Both the position numbers and the translations under genes were made by a program. Of a stretch of DNA of 64,000 nt, positions 38,092 through 47,473 are shown piece after piece (the first letter of the stretch is position 1; each line of letters opens with the position of its first letter). The DNA lies in the IMG/VR virus record IMGVR_UViG_3300009008_000030; one strand, 5' to 3'. This DNA comes from an uncultured virus (IMG/VR IMGVR_UViG_3300009008_000030). Its lineage: Duplodnaviria > Heunggongvirae > Uroviricota > Caudoviricetes. The notes below the pieces were generated by a model. That model saw only the letters and a list, made by a program, of their open reading frames with translations. It was not told the origin of the DNA and did no database searches.

Positions 38092-38610
38092 TCAGACGGT
38101 GCGATAGCCGCCGCTGGCAGGTGCGTACTTGACCTGCCTCTTGTTTGATCTTGTTTGGCTATAGCTCACATGGACATGACCGCCCCTGGCAACGTCGTAC
38201 CAGATCAACTGATCAAAGGGCAGTCCTGAGTTGCGAATAAAGGTCACAAGCTGTTGGGCGCTCATGCCGGGAACTTTGATGTCTATGGCCTCTCCGCTCA
38301 TGTGCTGAGACGCCTCGGCCCCACCGACTGCCTCGTTGACCGCCTGGGAACGGTAGCCACTGGTGATCTCAATCTCGCGGTCTCCTAGCTGCTCCTGCAA
38401 AGGACTCACCACGTTCTCGACCAGGGCTCGCATCGCCTCAGCAGCTTCCGGTGTAGGCGCGTTGCTCAGGCCGAGGCGCTGTGCGGTGTTGCTGCGAGTC
38501 AACTCGGCCCAGGTAAAGACCCGCCGCAACCGCTCGCGGCCAGGACCAACGGCCAAGCCCAGCAGCACTGCGCCTAGACCCAGCCAGAGCCATGCAGGGA
38601 CGCGGTTCAT
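38092..38610 (-). CDS. Peptidase M15 family peptidoglycan hydrolase with N-terminal TM
   Basis: FTWAELTRS, ITSGYRS..VN..VGG...SQHMSGEAIDI, FDQLI and HVHVSY. Confidence 0.92.
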   Translation of the reverse strand: MNRVPAWLWLGLGAVLLGLAVGPGRERLRRVFTWAELTRSNTAQRLGLSNAPTPEAAEAMRALVENVVSPLQEQLGDREIEITSGYRSQAVNEAVGGAEASQHMSGEAIDIKVPGMSAQQLVTFIRNSGLPFDQLIWYDVARGGHVHVSYSQTRSNKRQVKYAPASGGYRTV

Positions 38611-38873
38611 TGTCCATTCGTCAGTACGTCATGGTTGAGTGGAGAAGTGCCGTTGTCTTTGGTAAGGGGCACAGCCAAGATCTCTCCTGCCAGCCCGCCC
38701 AGGAAGTACCCTGCGGCACCTCCCATCCAACAGGGGCCACCTAGCCTACGATTCAGCTTGCATCCATAGATGGTCCCGGCTATCGCCCCTGTTACCCCTA
38801 AGATCAAGGGAGGAATATCTATGGGGATGCCCTGGTCTTGGGCCTCGGCAGCAGCGAGAACGGCACGGAACAT
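38607..38873 (-). CDS. Small glycine-zipper membrane protein
   Basis: Two Gly-rich hydrophobic segments. Confidence 0.6.
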   Translation of the reverse strand: MFRAVLAAAEAQDQGIPIDIPPLILGVTGAIAGTIYGCKLNRRLGGPCWMGGAAGYFLGGLAGEILAVPLTKDNGTSPLNHDVLTNGQ

Positions 38874-39502
38874 CAGACTCCCCTCACATCATCGAAGATT
38901 AACTCTGCTGCTCGATCTGACCACACGCCATACTCCGCAGCGCGGTAATGAACACCATCACGAGTTTGGAGATCATAGGTGAGAGGCATCGAGTCGTGCC
39001 ACTCCACGTTCAAGGTCGGGAGCATTTCGGACTGCCACTTGGCGATCTTGTCTCGATTCGGCATCAAGTGGGCTTTCTCTCTCTCGCTCTTAGACGGGCC
39101 GAACCAGATGATCTTACGCACCCCAGCCGCCTTCGCCAAACCCACAAACCGTTGGAGATAATCCTTGTAGTTGCTCTCGTTGCGGGCCATGTCGTTGGCT
39201 CCGAGGGCCACGACCAATAACTCCGGCTGAGTCGCCGCTAACTGTCGCTCTAGCTCCCCTGTGTCCACATACCACTTCACGGTCTTGCCCCGGTTACCTG
39301 CCACGCTGGCGCTCATGCCCGCCTCTTGCAGCTTGATTCCCAGCCGCCCGCCAAAGGTCCACGCCGCCTCGCTGTGAGAATCCCCCACCACCAGCCCCCG
39401 ATGGTAGGCCGGGAGAGCTACGGCACCCCCTCGCGGGATGAGCGCCGCTGCGAGTGCCAGGGCACCGAGGCCGATCAAGATCCCAGGATGCACTATACAC
39501 AC
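38873..39502 (-). CDS. SGNH/GDSL hydrolase with N-terminal TM, paralog 1
   Basis: VGDSH, LGAND and DGVH catalytic blocks. Confidence 0.88.
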   Translation of the reverse strand: MCIVHPGILIGLGALALAAALIPRGGAVALPAYHRGLVVGDSHSEAAWTFGGRLGIKLQEAGMSASVAGNRGKTVKWYVDTGELERQLAATQPELLVVALGANDMARNESNYKDYLQRFVGLAKAAGVRKIIWFGPSKSEREKAHLMPNRDKIAKWQSEMLPTLNVEWHDSMPLTYDLQTRDGVHYRAAEYGVWSDRAAELIFDDVRGV

Positions 39503-40299
39503 CCTTCGTAGCCGTAAGTAGCGCCCTGCACCTCATCGAAGATCACCGGAGCAGCGCGGGAGGCCCACACGCCGTACTCCGCTGACTTGAAGTGAATCCC
39601 GTCGTTCGTTGGGAGGTCGGCTGTCATGGGGATAGAGTCGTGCCATTCCACGCCTAGCGGCACCAGCACTTGGCTCTGCCACTGAGCGACTTGTTGGCCG
39701 CCTGGAATCAGGTGTTGGTCATCCCTGTCGAACTTGGACGGCCCGAACCAGATGATCTTACGAACCCCAGCATCCTTCGCGATCTGAACAAACTCAGCCA
39801 GAACAGCGAGATACTGCTCCTGGCGCTGAGGGAAAGGCGCTAGCTTATGCTCCCCTGAGTGCGAGTAGCCGTCCACAATCCCAAGCAAGGCGTCGTTGGC
39901 TCCCAAAGCCACGATGAGAAGATCAGGCTGGAAGTCGGACAGAGCTTCTTTCAAGGTGCCGCTTCCCCTCCCTGGTCGCGGCAACAGAGCCGGATAGCGC
40001 CCGCTCACAAACCAAGGTGCGCCTCGGCCACCGTGGGCCACGATCTGAGTGGGGATGCCCGCGTCGTTGAGCATCTTCCCCAAGCGCCCGCCAAAGCCCC
40101 AGGACGGGCGGCTGTGTGAGTCGCCTATAACCATCCCGCGCTGGTAGGTCACAACCTCAGCCGCGCTCTCTCCACGAGTAAGCGCGAAGGTCAACAGCGC
40201 CGCTGCGCCTAGACCCATCCATACCCCAGGATGCACTACCAGTCCTCTCCGTACCTGTTCGCCATAGACGGGGCTGGGGAAGGCCCACTGCGGAACCAC
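39493..40299 (-). CDS. SGNH/GDSL hydrolase with N-terminal TM, paralog 2 (likely GTG start at 40236)
   Basis: IGDSH, LGAND and DGIH; shares KIIWFGPSK and VEWHDS with paralog 1. Confidence 0.88.
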   Translation of the reverse strand: MVPQWAFPSPVYGEQVRRGLVVHPGVWMGLGAAALLTFALTRGESAAEVVTYQRGMVIGDSHSRPSWGFGGRLGKMLNDAGIPTQIVAHGGRGAPWFVSGRYPALLPRPGRGSGTLKEALSDFQPDLLIVALGANDALLGIVDGYSHSGEHKLAPFPQRQEQYLAVLAEFVQIAKDAGVRKIIWFGPSKFDRDDQHLIPGGQQVAQWQSQVLVPLGVEWHDSIPMTADLPTNDGIHFKSAEYGVWASRAAPVIFDEVQGATYGYEGCV

Positions 40300-41141
40300 A
40301 TGAAAGCTCCGATCCCCAACAAGGCCACGCCGCCGATTAAGAGACCGCCTCGCGGGGTCAACGCCTTCGCGCTCAGCGCCGTGAGCAAACCCTCATCGCC
40401 ATTCTCGGTGCGGGTGTCGGTGGTAGCTACCCCCCCTGGAGGGGTGTAGCTCGATGTGCCTCGCCTACGTCCAGACGACGAACCACGGGCCTTCCAACCA
40501 GGGCAATACTCGTCCTTTTCGGCAGTCGTCAGGGTGCTGGCAACATCGGTCTGAGTGTAGGTAGAGCCGATCAGCATCCAAAGCCCATCGGTCAACTGAC
40601 CATCCCTGGTGAGCTTCTGGACGTACTGAGTAGGTAGATCGGCGGTCATTCCGACTCGTGTGCCGAGGTACTCCCTGGCCACGGCCTTGGTAGCCCTCCG
40701 AGTATCGTCTCCGTAGTCACCATCGACGCAGTAATCGCCAATCCCGAAGCCTTGGCGAACAAGGAAGCGTTGCCACTTCTTAACATCGCTTTGGCTTCCC
40801 GTCCTGGGACCTAACAGAATGTCGCCCGCCAGTGCCTCGGGGTGACTCCAATCCACAGAGTCCAAAGCTACCGATGAGAACGCCCTAGAGGGAATCGCGC
40901 CGTACTGTGCGGCCTCTTGCATGGTGTAGGGATGGGGGTAGGTGGCCCCAGGAACGCCCAGAGTGGCTTCTGCGGCCTGTTTGTTGCCTAGACCCGGTGG
41001 AAGCGCGTAGCCGCCCTCTACGGCGGCCCTGGTGGCGCTCATGGCGCTCTGATAGACCTCCTGGGTAGGGGTCGGCAGGTCCGGTGAGGCCGGGTTAGGC
41101 GGGACCATGTACTGGCCGTAGATCTTGTACCAACTACTCAT
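40236..41141 (-). CDS. Peptidoglycan-binding-domain protein with C-terminal TM
   Basis: DVKKWQRFL...VDGDYGDDTRRA; C-terminal GGLLIGGVALLGIGAFMWF. Confidence 0.75.
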   Translation of the reverse strand: MSSWYKIYGQYMVPPNPASPDLPTPTQEVYQSAMSATRAAVEGGYALPPGLGNKQAAEATLGVPGATYPHPYTMQEAAQYGAIPSRAFSSVALDSVDWSHPEALAGDILLGPRTGSQSDVKKWQRFLVRQGFGIGDYCVDGDYGDDTRRATKAVAREYLGTRVGMTADLPTQYVQKLTRDGQLTDGLWMLIGSTYTQTDVASTLTTAEKDEYCPGWKARGSSSGRRRGTSSYTPPGGVATTDTRTENGDEGLLTALSAKALTPRGGLLIGGVALLGIGAFMWFRSGPSPAPSMANRYGEDW

Positions 41142-41150
41142 GGCGCTCTC

Positions 41151-41675
41151 CTACCATTCCATCCCTGCCTGCCAAGCAGGTAGCGAAGGGTACAGCCCTC
41201 TGTACTCAAGTTCTTCCACGATCTTAAAAAACAAAAACGACCCCGGCTTACTACCTGACTCGGTAGCGATCACCTCCCAGAGCTTTCGCTTCTTGGCAGC
41301 GGTGTAAGGGGGAGAGACAGGCACATCACCGTCGCTCTCAAGGGAATCTACAAAGTCCTCGATCCATTCATCATCTTCCGCAGAACGGCGGCCTCGGGCA
41401 GAGCTTCCTGCCTTGCGGGCCATCTCGCGGGCCAGTGTACGCGCCCTTCGCTTGGTGGTAGCGAAGTCCCACGTCGTATTGTCACTTGGGTCAACCGCTA
41501 TGATGTACTGATCGAACTCCCAATCGAGATAGATGGGAATCCCCTTGACGGTCTCGACGTAATCTCGGCCTTCCTTCAACAACCACCTATCCACAGCCCG
41601 GCGGCCTCGACCACGCGCAGCCCCGCCGACCCGGCATCGGGTGAACTGTCCTCGGCGGTTGCGGCAGCTACTCAT
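41151..41675 (-). CDS. RGRRA-linker modular protein with Cys-basic leader
   Basis: MSSCRNRRGQFTRCR...ARGRGRRA...GSSARGRRS. Confidence 0.8.
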   Translation of the reverse strand: MSSCRNRRGQFTRCRVGGAARGRGRRAVDRWLLKEGRDYVETVKGIPIYLDWEFDQYIIAVDPSDNTTWDFATTKRRARTLAREMARKAGSSARGRRSAEDDEWIEDFVDSLESDGDVPVSPPYTAAKKRKLWEVIATESGSKPGSFLFFKIVEELEYRGLYPSLPAWQAGMEW

Positions 41676-41856
41676 GTCGATCTCCTACTTTCTTGCGATT
41701 GGGGGTCAAGGCCCAGGTGACGGCGGCACGGAGACCCTCAGCGAGCGCAGCCCCAGCAAGGCCCGTTACCTCGGGGCGAACGCGCTCAAAGGCCGCAGAT
41801 GCAGCCTCCTTGGCCTTTTGGCCTTTTTCGTCCACCGAAATATCCTCGTCAGTCAT
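41668..41856 (-). CDS. Small hypothetical protein
   Basis: 62-aa ORF overlapping the next start. Confidence 0.5.
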   Translation of the reverse strand: MTDEDISVDEKGQKAKEAASAAFERVRPEVTGLAGAALAEGLRAAVTWALTPNRKKVGDRHE

Positions 41857-41906
41857 ACCCTATCCCTCGCGTCGTCTGTGCCCTGTGCGAAGCCTCTAGC
41901 GGCGTC

Positions 41907-42761
41907 TCAGAAGCCTCCGCGCTTATACCACTGAGCGGCGTTTTTTCGGTTCATCAGAGACCACAGAACCCCTCGCTCTGCTGCATTAGGCTTAGTGCGG
42001 CGAATACTCACATACTTCATATCGCTACGGTTGCGAGCGTTCTGGGCCACAACCTCAGCCTCACGCAGACTTTTTACCGGGAGAATGACCTTGTTCTTCT
42101 TGCCCCTTGCTTTGCCCCATCCCGACATGAAGGAATCGGTAGCTGTGACGTAGCCCCATGCAGACGGGATCTCCTCGGCGCTGGTGACGATGGCGGCGCG
42201 GCGGCCTCGGGCTGCACTACCCCTCTCACCCTTCTCTACGAGCTTGATCAGCTTTCGATGGTCAGTCCATGCTCTGCGAAGCTCAGGGGTATCCTTGAGT
42301 CTCCCTGCGTCAAGCAGTTGCTTGGCATAGACTCTGGTTCGGAGAATGGTGGTTCGCCAATCTCCGTCCCATTCCCACTTAACGGTAGGGGCTCGCCTCC
42401 CTTGCATGGCGCGGCGGCCTCGACCACGGCTCAGGCTTTGGAAATACTTACGGTGTTTGATCGCTCGACCTTTGGCCTGCGCCCGCGTCTTGAAGCCGCT
42501 GCCTCTCTTGACCACCTTCGATATTACATAGCGACCGTCAGGTTGCGGCTCACTGGTAGAGATGTTCTCAGTGATGACGAACCCAAAGGTTCCAGTCGGT
42601 TCCTTCTTTGTGCGCCAGCTATATAGCGGCACATCGTGGTAAAGCCGAGGGGTCAAGGGGTTGAGGGGAGGTGCGCCGTCAGCGCGGCGGCCTCGACCAC
42701 GGCTCAGGCCATAGGCGGCTGCGGCTCCGACTGCGGCCATTCCTAGCTTGGCGTAGCTCAT
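41907..42761 (-). CDS. Leader-bearing RGRRA polyprotein, 3 modules
   Basis: MSYAKLGMAAVGAAAAYGLSRGRGRRA; ATGA overlap with the upstream gene. Confidence 0.88.
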   Translation of the reverse strand: MSYAKLGMAAVGAAAAYGLSRGRGRRADGAPPLNPLTPRLYHDVPLYSWRTKKEPTGTFGFVITENISTSEPQPDGRYVISKVVKRGSGFKTRAQAKGRAIKHRKYFQSLSRGRGRRAMQGRRAPTVKWEWDGDWRTTILRTRVYAKQLLDAGRLKDTPELRRAWTDHRKLIKLVEKGERGSAARGRRAAIVTSAEEIPSAWGYVTATDSFMSGWGKARGKKNKVILPVKSLREAEVVAQNARNRSDMKYVSIRRTKPNAAERGVLWSLMNRKNAAQWYKRGGF

Positions 42762-43354
42762 AGTAGATCCCACCCCTCTTGTATCTTGTTCAGTGCAGCC
42801 AAGACGTTCTCAGGAGACCCCTTTAGGCGCTTACTCTCCTTGATCCAAACGATAACTGCGGGGTCGTTGGTTGAGTCAGAAAAGTTGATAGCCAGAGAAC
42901 CAATCCACGCAGATCCAGTCCTGCTCTTTTTGTCGAACCTGAGCCTGATGCCTCTGGCGCTGTATTTTTTCCTAAGTAGGGCAGCGAACTGCTCTGCTTC
43001 CCCGACATACCCATTAGCGCGGCGGCCTCGGGCTGTACTACCTCCCGCATCTTCCCAATCATGGTACTCCTGCAAGGAGATAGAGGGTTTGCCCCCAGCA
43101 GCCGCGAGAATCCTCTTGGCTTCGTGCTTGTAGCCTTCCGCTAGAGAGGGATCGAAAGACATCCCTCCGCTCTCTATGTCTTTCAACATGCGGTGAAGCT
43201 CTCTAATCCCTGGCGCACCCCCTCCGAAAGCGTCTGAGTAAGCCTGAGATCTCCCAAGCTCAAAGTTACTCTCGTCGCGGCGGCCTCGACCACGGCTCAT
43301 GCCATAGGCTGCTGCGGCTCCAAAAGCGGCCATTCCTAGCTTGGCGTAACTCAT
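42758..43354 (-). CDS. Leader-bearing RGRRA polyprotein, 2 modules
   Basis: MSYAKLGMAAFGAAAAYGMSRGRGRRD...STARGRRA; AGGAG RBS. Confidence 0.88.
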   Translation of the reverse strand: MSYAKLGMAAFGAAAAYGMSRGRGRRDESNFELGRSQAYSDAFGGGAPGIRELHRMLKDIESGGMSFDPSLAEGYKHEAKRILAAAGGKPSISLQEYHDWEDAGGSTARGRRANGYVGEAEQFAALLRKKYSARGIRLRFDKKSRTGSAWIGSLAINFSDSTNDPAVIVWIKESKRLKGSPENVLAALNKIQEGWDLL

Positions 43355-43374
43355 CTCGTTCTCCTACCCTTCCA

Positions 43375-44517
43375 TCAGTCCCAGGATATGCCAGCAGCTT
43401 TCATGTCCCGCTTGAAACCCGCCCGTAGCTTCGGCAATCGCAGCTTGAGCCACCGATCAAGAGCCGCAGGGTCTTTAGACATGATTTTTCCAACATCAGC
43501 ACTCTTGTCGCTGGGAAGCGCCCCCCACACCACCGTGGACTTGAAGTGCGCCTTGTGGCCTTCCCTAGCCCAATACTTCGCGTTAGGTCGATAGTGCATA
43601 GGCCCCGACGAAGGGCTGAACAGGTGCCACTTGATGAGCGGGCGCAGCTTCGGGAAGTAGCGCCTCACCATGCCGTGGAGTTGGCCCCCCGACACTTCTC
43701 GACCGTTGGGGGCGTATCCGGTTCCCGTAATAGAAAAGTAGGGTTCCCGGTTCCCCCTAAGAAAGTTCATTCCATACTCAGCTTGGAACTTGCCTTTTCT
43801 GGAGTACCCGGTGTCTGCGGGCACCTTCTCGGTTTTCTTCCTTCGGCTGGACCCGGCGGCCATGACCCGGCGGCCTCGGGCAGAGCTTCCTTTTGGCTTC
43901 ACCATGTAGGAGTGGAGTTTTCTTAGGTCAGAGTCGGAGAGGGAGTCGAGGTATACGACCGCCGTGGAACCTTCCCAGCCCATGTGGTCATGGGCGGCGG
44001 GGCCGATCATAATGCCGATTCGCCCCCATCCCTTGTCACTTCTGTAGTCAGGGTGCTTGCTCGACCAAAGCTCCTTCATCAGCTTGGTACGCGAAGATGT
44101 CGCAGCGCGGCGGCCTCGGGCGCGGCGACCTCGGTCCCTCACTAGATCATTGGGATAGCCGCCCCACCAGTCGATAATCCCTCTGAGCGACCCTGGAGTG
44201 ATTCGTCCCAGGAAGTCGTCCGGTTGGTCGGTGATAGCCAATACTGAGCCTATCGAGGTGAACACCTCGTCGTCGGGATAGGGATGGACGAAACTCAACC
44301 GCTTGTACACCATAGCGCCTCCCCCATCCTCTGGATTGGGAATGAAGTAGTCCTGCCCGATGGTTACGGAGGCGTTGTCGATGAACTCCCCTTCGGGGGT
44401 GTCGATGCTGTGAGGGCCTGATCCAAGACGGATTCCAGCGCGGCGGCCTCGACCACGGCTTAGGCCGTAGGCGGCTGCGGCTCCAAAAGCGGCCATTCCT
44501 AGCTTGGCGTAACTCAT
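43375..44517 (-). CDS. Leader-bearing RGRRA polyprotein, 3 modules
   Basis: Same leader, then RGRRARGRRA and GSSARGRRV. Confidence 0.88.
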   Translation of the reverse strand: MSYAKLGMAAFGAAAAYGLSRGRGRRAGIRLGSGPHSIDTPEGEFIDNASVTIGQDYFIPNPEDGGGAMVYKRLSFVHPYPDDEVFTSIGSVLAITDQPDDFLGRITPGSLRGIIDWWGGYPNDLVRDRGRRARGRRAATSSRTKLMKELWSSKHPDYRSDKGWGRIGIMIGPAAHDHMGWEGSTAVVYLDSLSDSDLRKLHSYMVKPKGSSARGRRVMAAGSSRRKKTEKVPADTGYSRKGKFQAEYGMNFLRGNREPYFSITGTGYAPNGREVSGGQLHGMVRRYFPKLRPLIKWHLFSPSSGPMHYRPNAKYWAREGHKAHFKSTVVWGALPSDKSADVGKIMSKDPAALDRWLKLRLPKLRAGFKRDMKAAGISWD

Positions 44518-44657
44518 GTGAGAGGCTTCGGGCGACCGCGAACGAGGGTGACGAGGCCGCTAATGGCCCCACTGGCCAGGAAGAAGGTCATCCAGGGGTG
44601 TTCGTAGATCCAACCCTCGTGACACACAGGGCCTTCGGCGCGTTGTCCATATCTCAT
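44514..44657 (-). CDS. 47-aa membrane peptide (below the ORF-track cutoff)
   Basis: AGGAG RBS; MRYGQ...PWMTFFLASGAISGLVTLVRGRPKPLT; ATGA overlap. Confidence 0.65.
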   Translation of the reverse strand: MRYGQRAEGPVCHEGWIYEHPWMTFFLASGAISGLVTLVRGRPKPLT

Positions 44658-44666
44658 GTCGATCTC

Positions 44667-45008
44667 CTAGTAGGCGAGCAGCCGTGCCTTCTTGGCACTA
44701 CGGTACTCTCCAGGCGTGGCAGCAATAGTCATACTGGCTTCTTGAGCATTGGGAAAGACGGACAGGAGTGCGCTACGCCCACCGTACCCCTCGTCAACAA
44801 AGCCCAGGAACTTGCCGCTGCGGTCATGGACGTACCAGCCTCGACGGGGGTTTCCGTTTGTATCGTGGCCTGCGTTGATCTTCTGCGCCCATACCTTGTT
44901 GCGCGAGATAACGGGGATGCCTTTGTACCGCCTACGCTCAGCAGGACCGCGAGCCGCACGGCCCCGGCACTTCGTAAACTTCCCTGCTTTCGTTCTGCAA
45001 CTGTCCAT
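44667..45008 (-). CDS. Single-module protein with Cys-basic leader
   Basis: MDSCRTKAGKFTKCRGRAARG resembles the leader of 41151..41675. Confidence 0.75.
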   Translation of the reverse strand: MDSCRTKAGKFTKCRGRAARGPAERRRYKGIPVISRNKVWAQKINAGHDTNGNPRRGWYVHDRSGKFLGFVDEGYGGRSALLSVFPNAQEASMTIAATPGEYRSAKKARLLAY

Positions 45009-45018
45009 CTTGATCTCC

Positions 45019-45453
45019 CTATCTAAGCTCTTGCGGAATGTACCAGGGTTGAGGCTGGTGGAACACCGCCGACTCTACCCGCAAGCGAGATTGCTCCTGG
45101 GCCTCGGCCCTGGCCTTGGCCACGGCCTTGACCTCACTATCCCTTGCAGCAAACGCCAACTTGATTTTCTGCACCGCTGCGCTGGGGTCTTTCGACCTAC
45201 GCCAACTGCGGGTGCCCGATGAGAAATGCGACTTGAACCGCTGCGCTCCCAGCTTATCCACCCACGGCTTCGGCACTCCCACCCACACCACATGCCCCGC
45301 CGGGATATTCCCCACAGCGGCCACAGACGGCCCTCTGAGGGCCTTGAGCGAGCCCTCCCTGGTCAGGGTGTACACGAGCGCGTCTGTGGCCTCTACGGCG
45401 CGCAGAAAGGCCCGGTCATGGGCTGAGAACACAATGGCAGCGACAGGGGTCAT
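45019..45453 (-). CDS. Hypothetical protein
   Basis: ORF inside the array, without leader or linker. Confidence 0.6.
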   Translation of the reverse strand: MTPVAAIVFSAHDRAFLRAVEATDALVYTLTREGSLKALRGPSVAAVGNIPAGHVVWVGVPKPWVDKLGAQRFKSHFSSGTRSWRRSKDPSAAVQKIKLAFAARDSEVKAVAKARAEAQEQSRLRVESAVFHQPQPWYIPQELR

Positions 45454-45459
45454 AGGGCC

Positions 45460-45798
45460 TCAGTAGATGTACTGCGCCATTCGGCGCACCATGTTGTGTT
45501 CTGCTAGGTCTAGGCCGCGAGGCCCCAGGATTTCTTCGATCTCCCAATCATTCTGTAGAAACTTGTCTCCTACGGCTTCTCCCTCGGGATCGAAGATCTC
45601 CAGGCCCACATACCCCATCCTCAGATTGGTAATCAAGACGTAGAGGTAGCCGTCGTCTCCCTTGAATACGTCGATGCCGTCGTTGGTCCCTGCGCCTATG
45701 GGGAGGGCATGACCATTTACCAAGACCTTGGTGGACGGCCCGTAGTGCCCTGGTTGCCAATACTGTTCCTTGCGGAAGTCGATGGAGCGAAGTTTCAT
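45460..45798 (-). CDS. Hypothetical protein
   Basis: GGAGG RBS and ATGA overlap; no leader or linker. Confidence 0.7.
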   Translation of the reverse strand: MKLRSIDFRKEQYWQPGHYGPSTKVLVNGHALPIGAGTNDGIDVFKGDDGYLYVLITNLRMGYVGLEIFDPEGEAVGDKFLQNDWEIEEILGPRGLDLAEHNMVRRMAQYIY

Positions 45799-46616
45799 CG
45801 CCGCCTCCTAGCCCGTCGCCCACTCATGGCGAACTCCACGTCCTCGACTGAGACATACATATCGCTGCCTCGGTCATAGTGTCGGCCCTTTCGGGGGTCA
45901 TAGTACAAGATCTTGCCACTTCGGTAGCGGAACGGCCCCTCCATGCCAGGGATGGGCGGCGGCAAGTCCTCGGCGGGCCTAGACACCACACCTTGCTTCT
46001 CCCATGCCTGCGCCACCAAAGCTCGCTTCTCGGCCTTCGACATAGCGCGGCGGCCACGACCAAACTCCCATCCAGAATAGCCTCCAAACTCGCTAAACTC
46101 CTCAAAGCGGGCGATAGCTCGATCTAAGGCCGCTCTTGCCTTGGGGGTGTTGGGTCGCAGTCCTTTGTGGCTTCGATAGAAATTGGTGAATCGGCTCTCT
46201 ACTCGGTATTGCTTGTCCTTCTTGTCAAAGACCACCATCACCTTGCCCCACGGCTCAAAGTGGCTAGATCTCAAGATCTCCACATCTCCCGCAGCGCGGC
46301 GGCCTCGGTCAGAAAAATCCCACCCGTATTTCTCGCGCACTTGCCCGATAAGAAGGTACGGGGGAGTACGCATATCAGCTTCGATTGCATCAGCGACAGC
46401 ACGAGCTTCTTTTGCAGTACGATAGCGGGGAGGGGTAACGTCAAAGGTTCCGGTGGTCCGTTCCTCAACCGTCACATAATAACGACCTTCTTTGCTACGG
46501 GCCAACGACACCACGGGATAGATACCAGGGCCTCGGGCACGACGGCCTTGACCACGGCTCAGTCCGTAGGCTGCTGCGGCTCCGATTGCGGCCATTCCTA
46601 GCTTGGCGTAGCTCAT
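45795..46616 (-). CDS. Leader-bearing RGRRA polyprotein, 3 modules
   Basis: MSYAKLGMAAIGAAAAYGLSRGQGRRA, then DRGRRA and GRGRRA. Confidence 0.88.
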   Translation of the reverse strand: MSYAKLGMAAIGAAAAYGLSRGQGRRARGPGIYPVVSLARSKEGRYYVTVEERTTGTFDVTPPRYRTAKEARAVADAIEADMRTPPYLLIGQVREKYGWDFSDRGRRAAGDVEILRSSHFEPWGKVMVVFDKKDKQYRVESRFTNFYRSHKGLRPNTPKARAALDRAIARFEEFSEFGGYSGWEFGRGRRAMSKAEKRALVAQAWEKQGVVSRPAEDLPPPIPGMEGPFRYRSGKILYYDPRKGRHYDRGSDMYVSVEDVEFAMSGRRARRRR

Positions 46617-47473
46617 CTCGGCACCCTGCCGTCCACAAGAGGAACGAGACGATAGCCCGTATACCTTTTCGCCTCAGCCAGAGTGCGGAAGTGTGGCCCC
46701 TTGCGGCTCCAACCCCAAGACCGACTCTGGAACAGGTAGGAGTTATGATAGACCGCCCAGCGCGTGGCCTCCCGGCCCTTCGACCAGACTCGCTCCTTCT
46801 TGATCAAGACGGAGCCGCCGTCTGAGGGAGTTCTCGACCACAGGTAGCTACCGTCTCCCTGACGCTTGAAGTCGGGCTTGTGGGCTGCGCGGCGGCCTCG
46901 GGCAGAGTGTCCCGCCTTGCGGGTAACGTGCAGCACCCACATTCCCTTGCCTTCGTAGTAGGCTTCTACCTGGGTGACTCCAGGGATACTCAGGCCAACC
47001 TGTTTAGCCAGGGGAGCGAGTCGGTCCTTCTGCGCTTCATATTCGTAGTCGTCCAAACCGTCGATGTTGGGACCGTGCAATTCGTACTTATTGGGGCCTG
47101 CTGGCTCCAAGCTATCGAAGGCGTCCATATTTCTACGACCTCGGCGGGTGGCGTGGTGTGCCTGATATGCCTCAAGGTGGTGAAGCGCCTCGGCTAGTTG
47201 GTGGCGAAAGTCTCTGCCTATCTCAACGGTCGCGGCTGCGGCTCGCTCGGCCTCGTGGTCGTAGTTCGTGTGCGTCGGGTCGGCCTCGGGGAGCCACATC
47301 GCATCGATGGTGGCTTGCGCCCCGGCGATCTCGCAGTCGAGGCGGGAGATCGCGTCTCGGAGGGACTGTGGCGAAGAGTGGTCAATCTGGCTGGCGCGGC
47401 GGCCTTGACCACGGCTCAGTCCGTAGGCTGCTGCGGCTCCGATTGCGGCCATTCCTAGCTTGGCGTAGCTCAT
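46613..47473 (-). CDS. Leader-bearing RGRRA polyprotein, 3 modules
   Basis: Same leader (TGATG overlap), then RRGRRN and HSARGRRA. Confidence 0.88.
   Translation of the reverse strand: MSYAKLGMAAIGAAAAYGLSRGQGRRASQIDHSSPQSLRDAISRLDCEIAGAQATIDAMWLPEADPTHTNYDHEAERAAAATVEIGRDFRHQLAEALHHLEAYQAHHATRRGRRNMDAFDSLEPAGPNKYELHGPNIDGLDDYEYEAQKDRLAPLAKQVGLSIPGVTQVEAYYEGKGMWVLHVTRKAGHSARGRRAAHKPDFKRQGDGSYLWSRTPSDGGSVLIKKERVWSKGREATRWAVYHNSYLFQSRSWGWSRKGPHFRTLAEAKRYTGYRLVPLVDGRVPR

Noticed and set aside
42681..47473. Leader as a Tat (twin-arginine) signal peptide
   Set aside because: The RR follows the hydrophobic stretch instead of preceding it, the S/T-R-R-x-F-L-K consensus is absent, and the motif also recurs internally.
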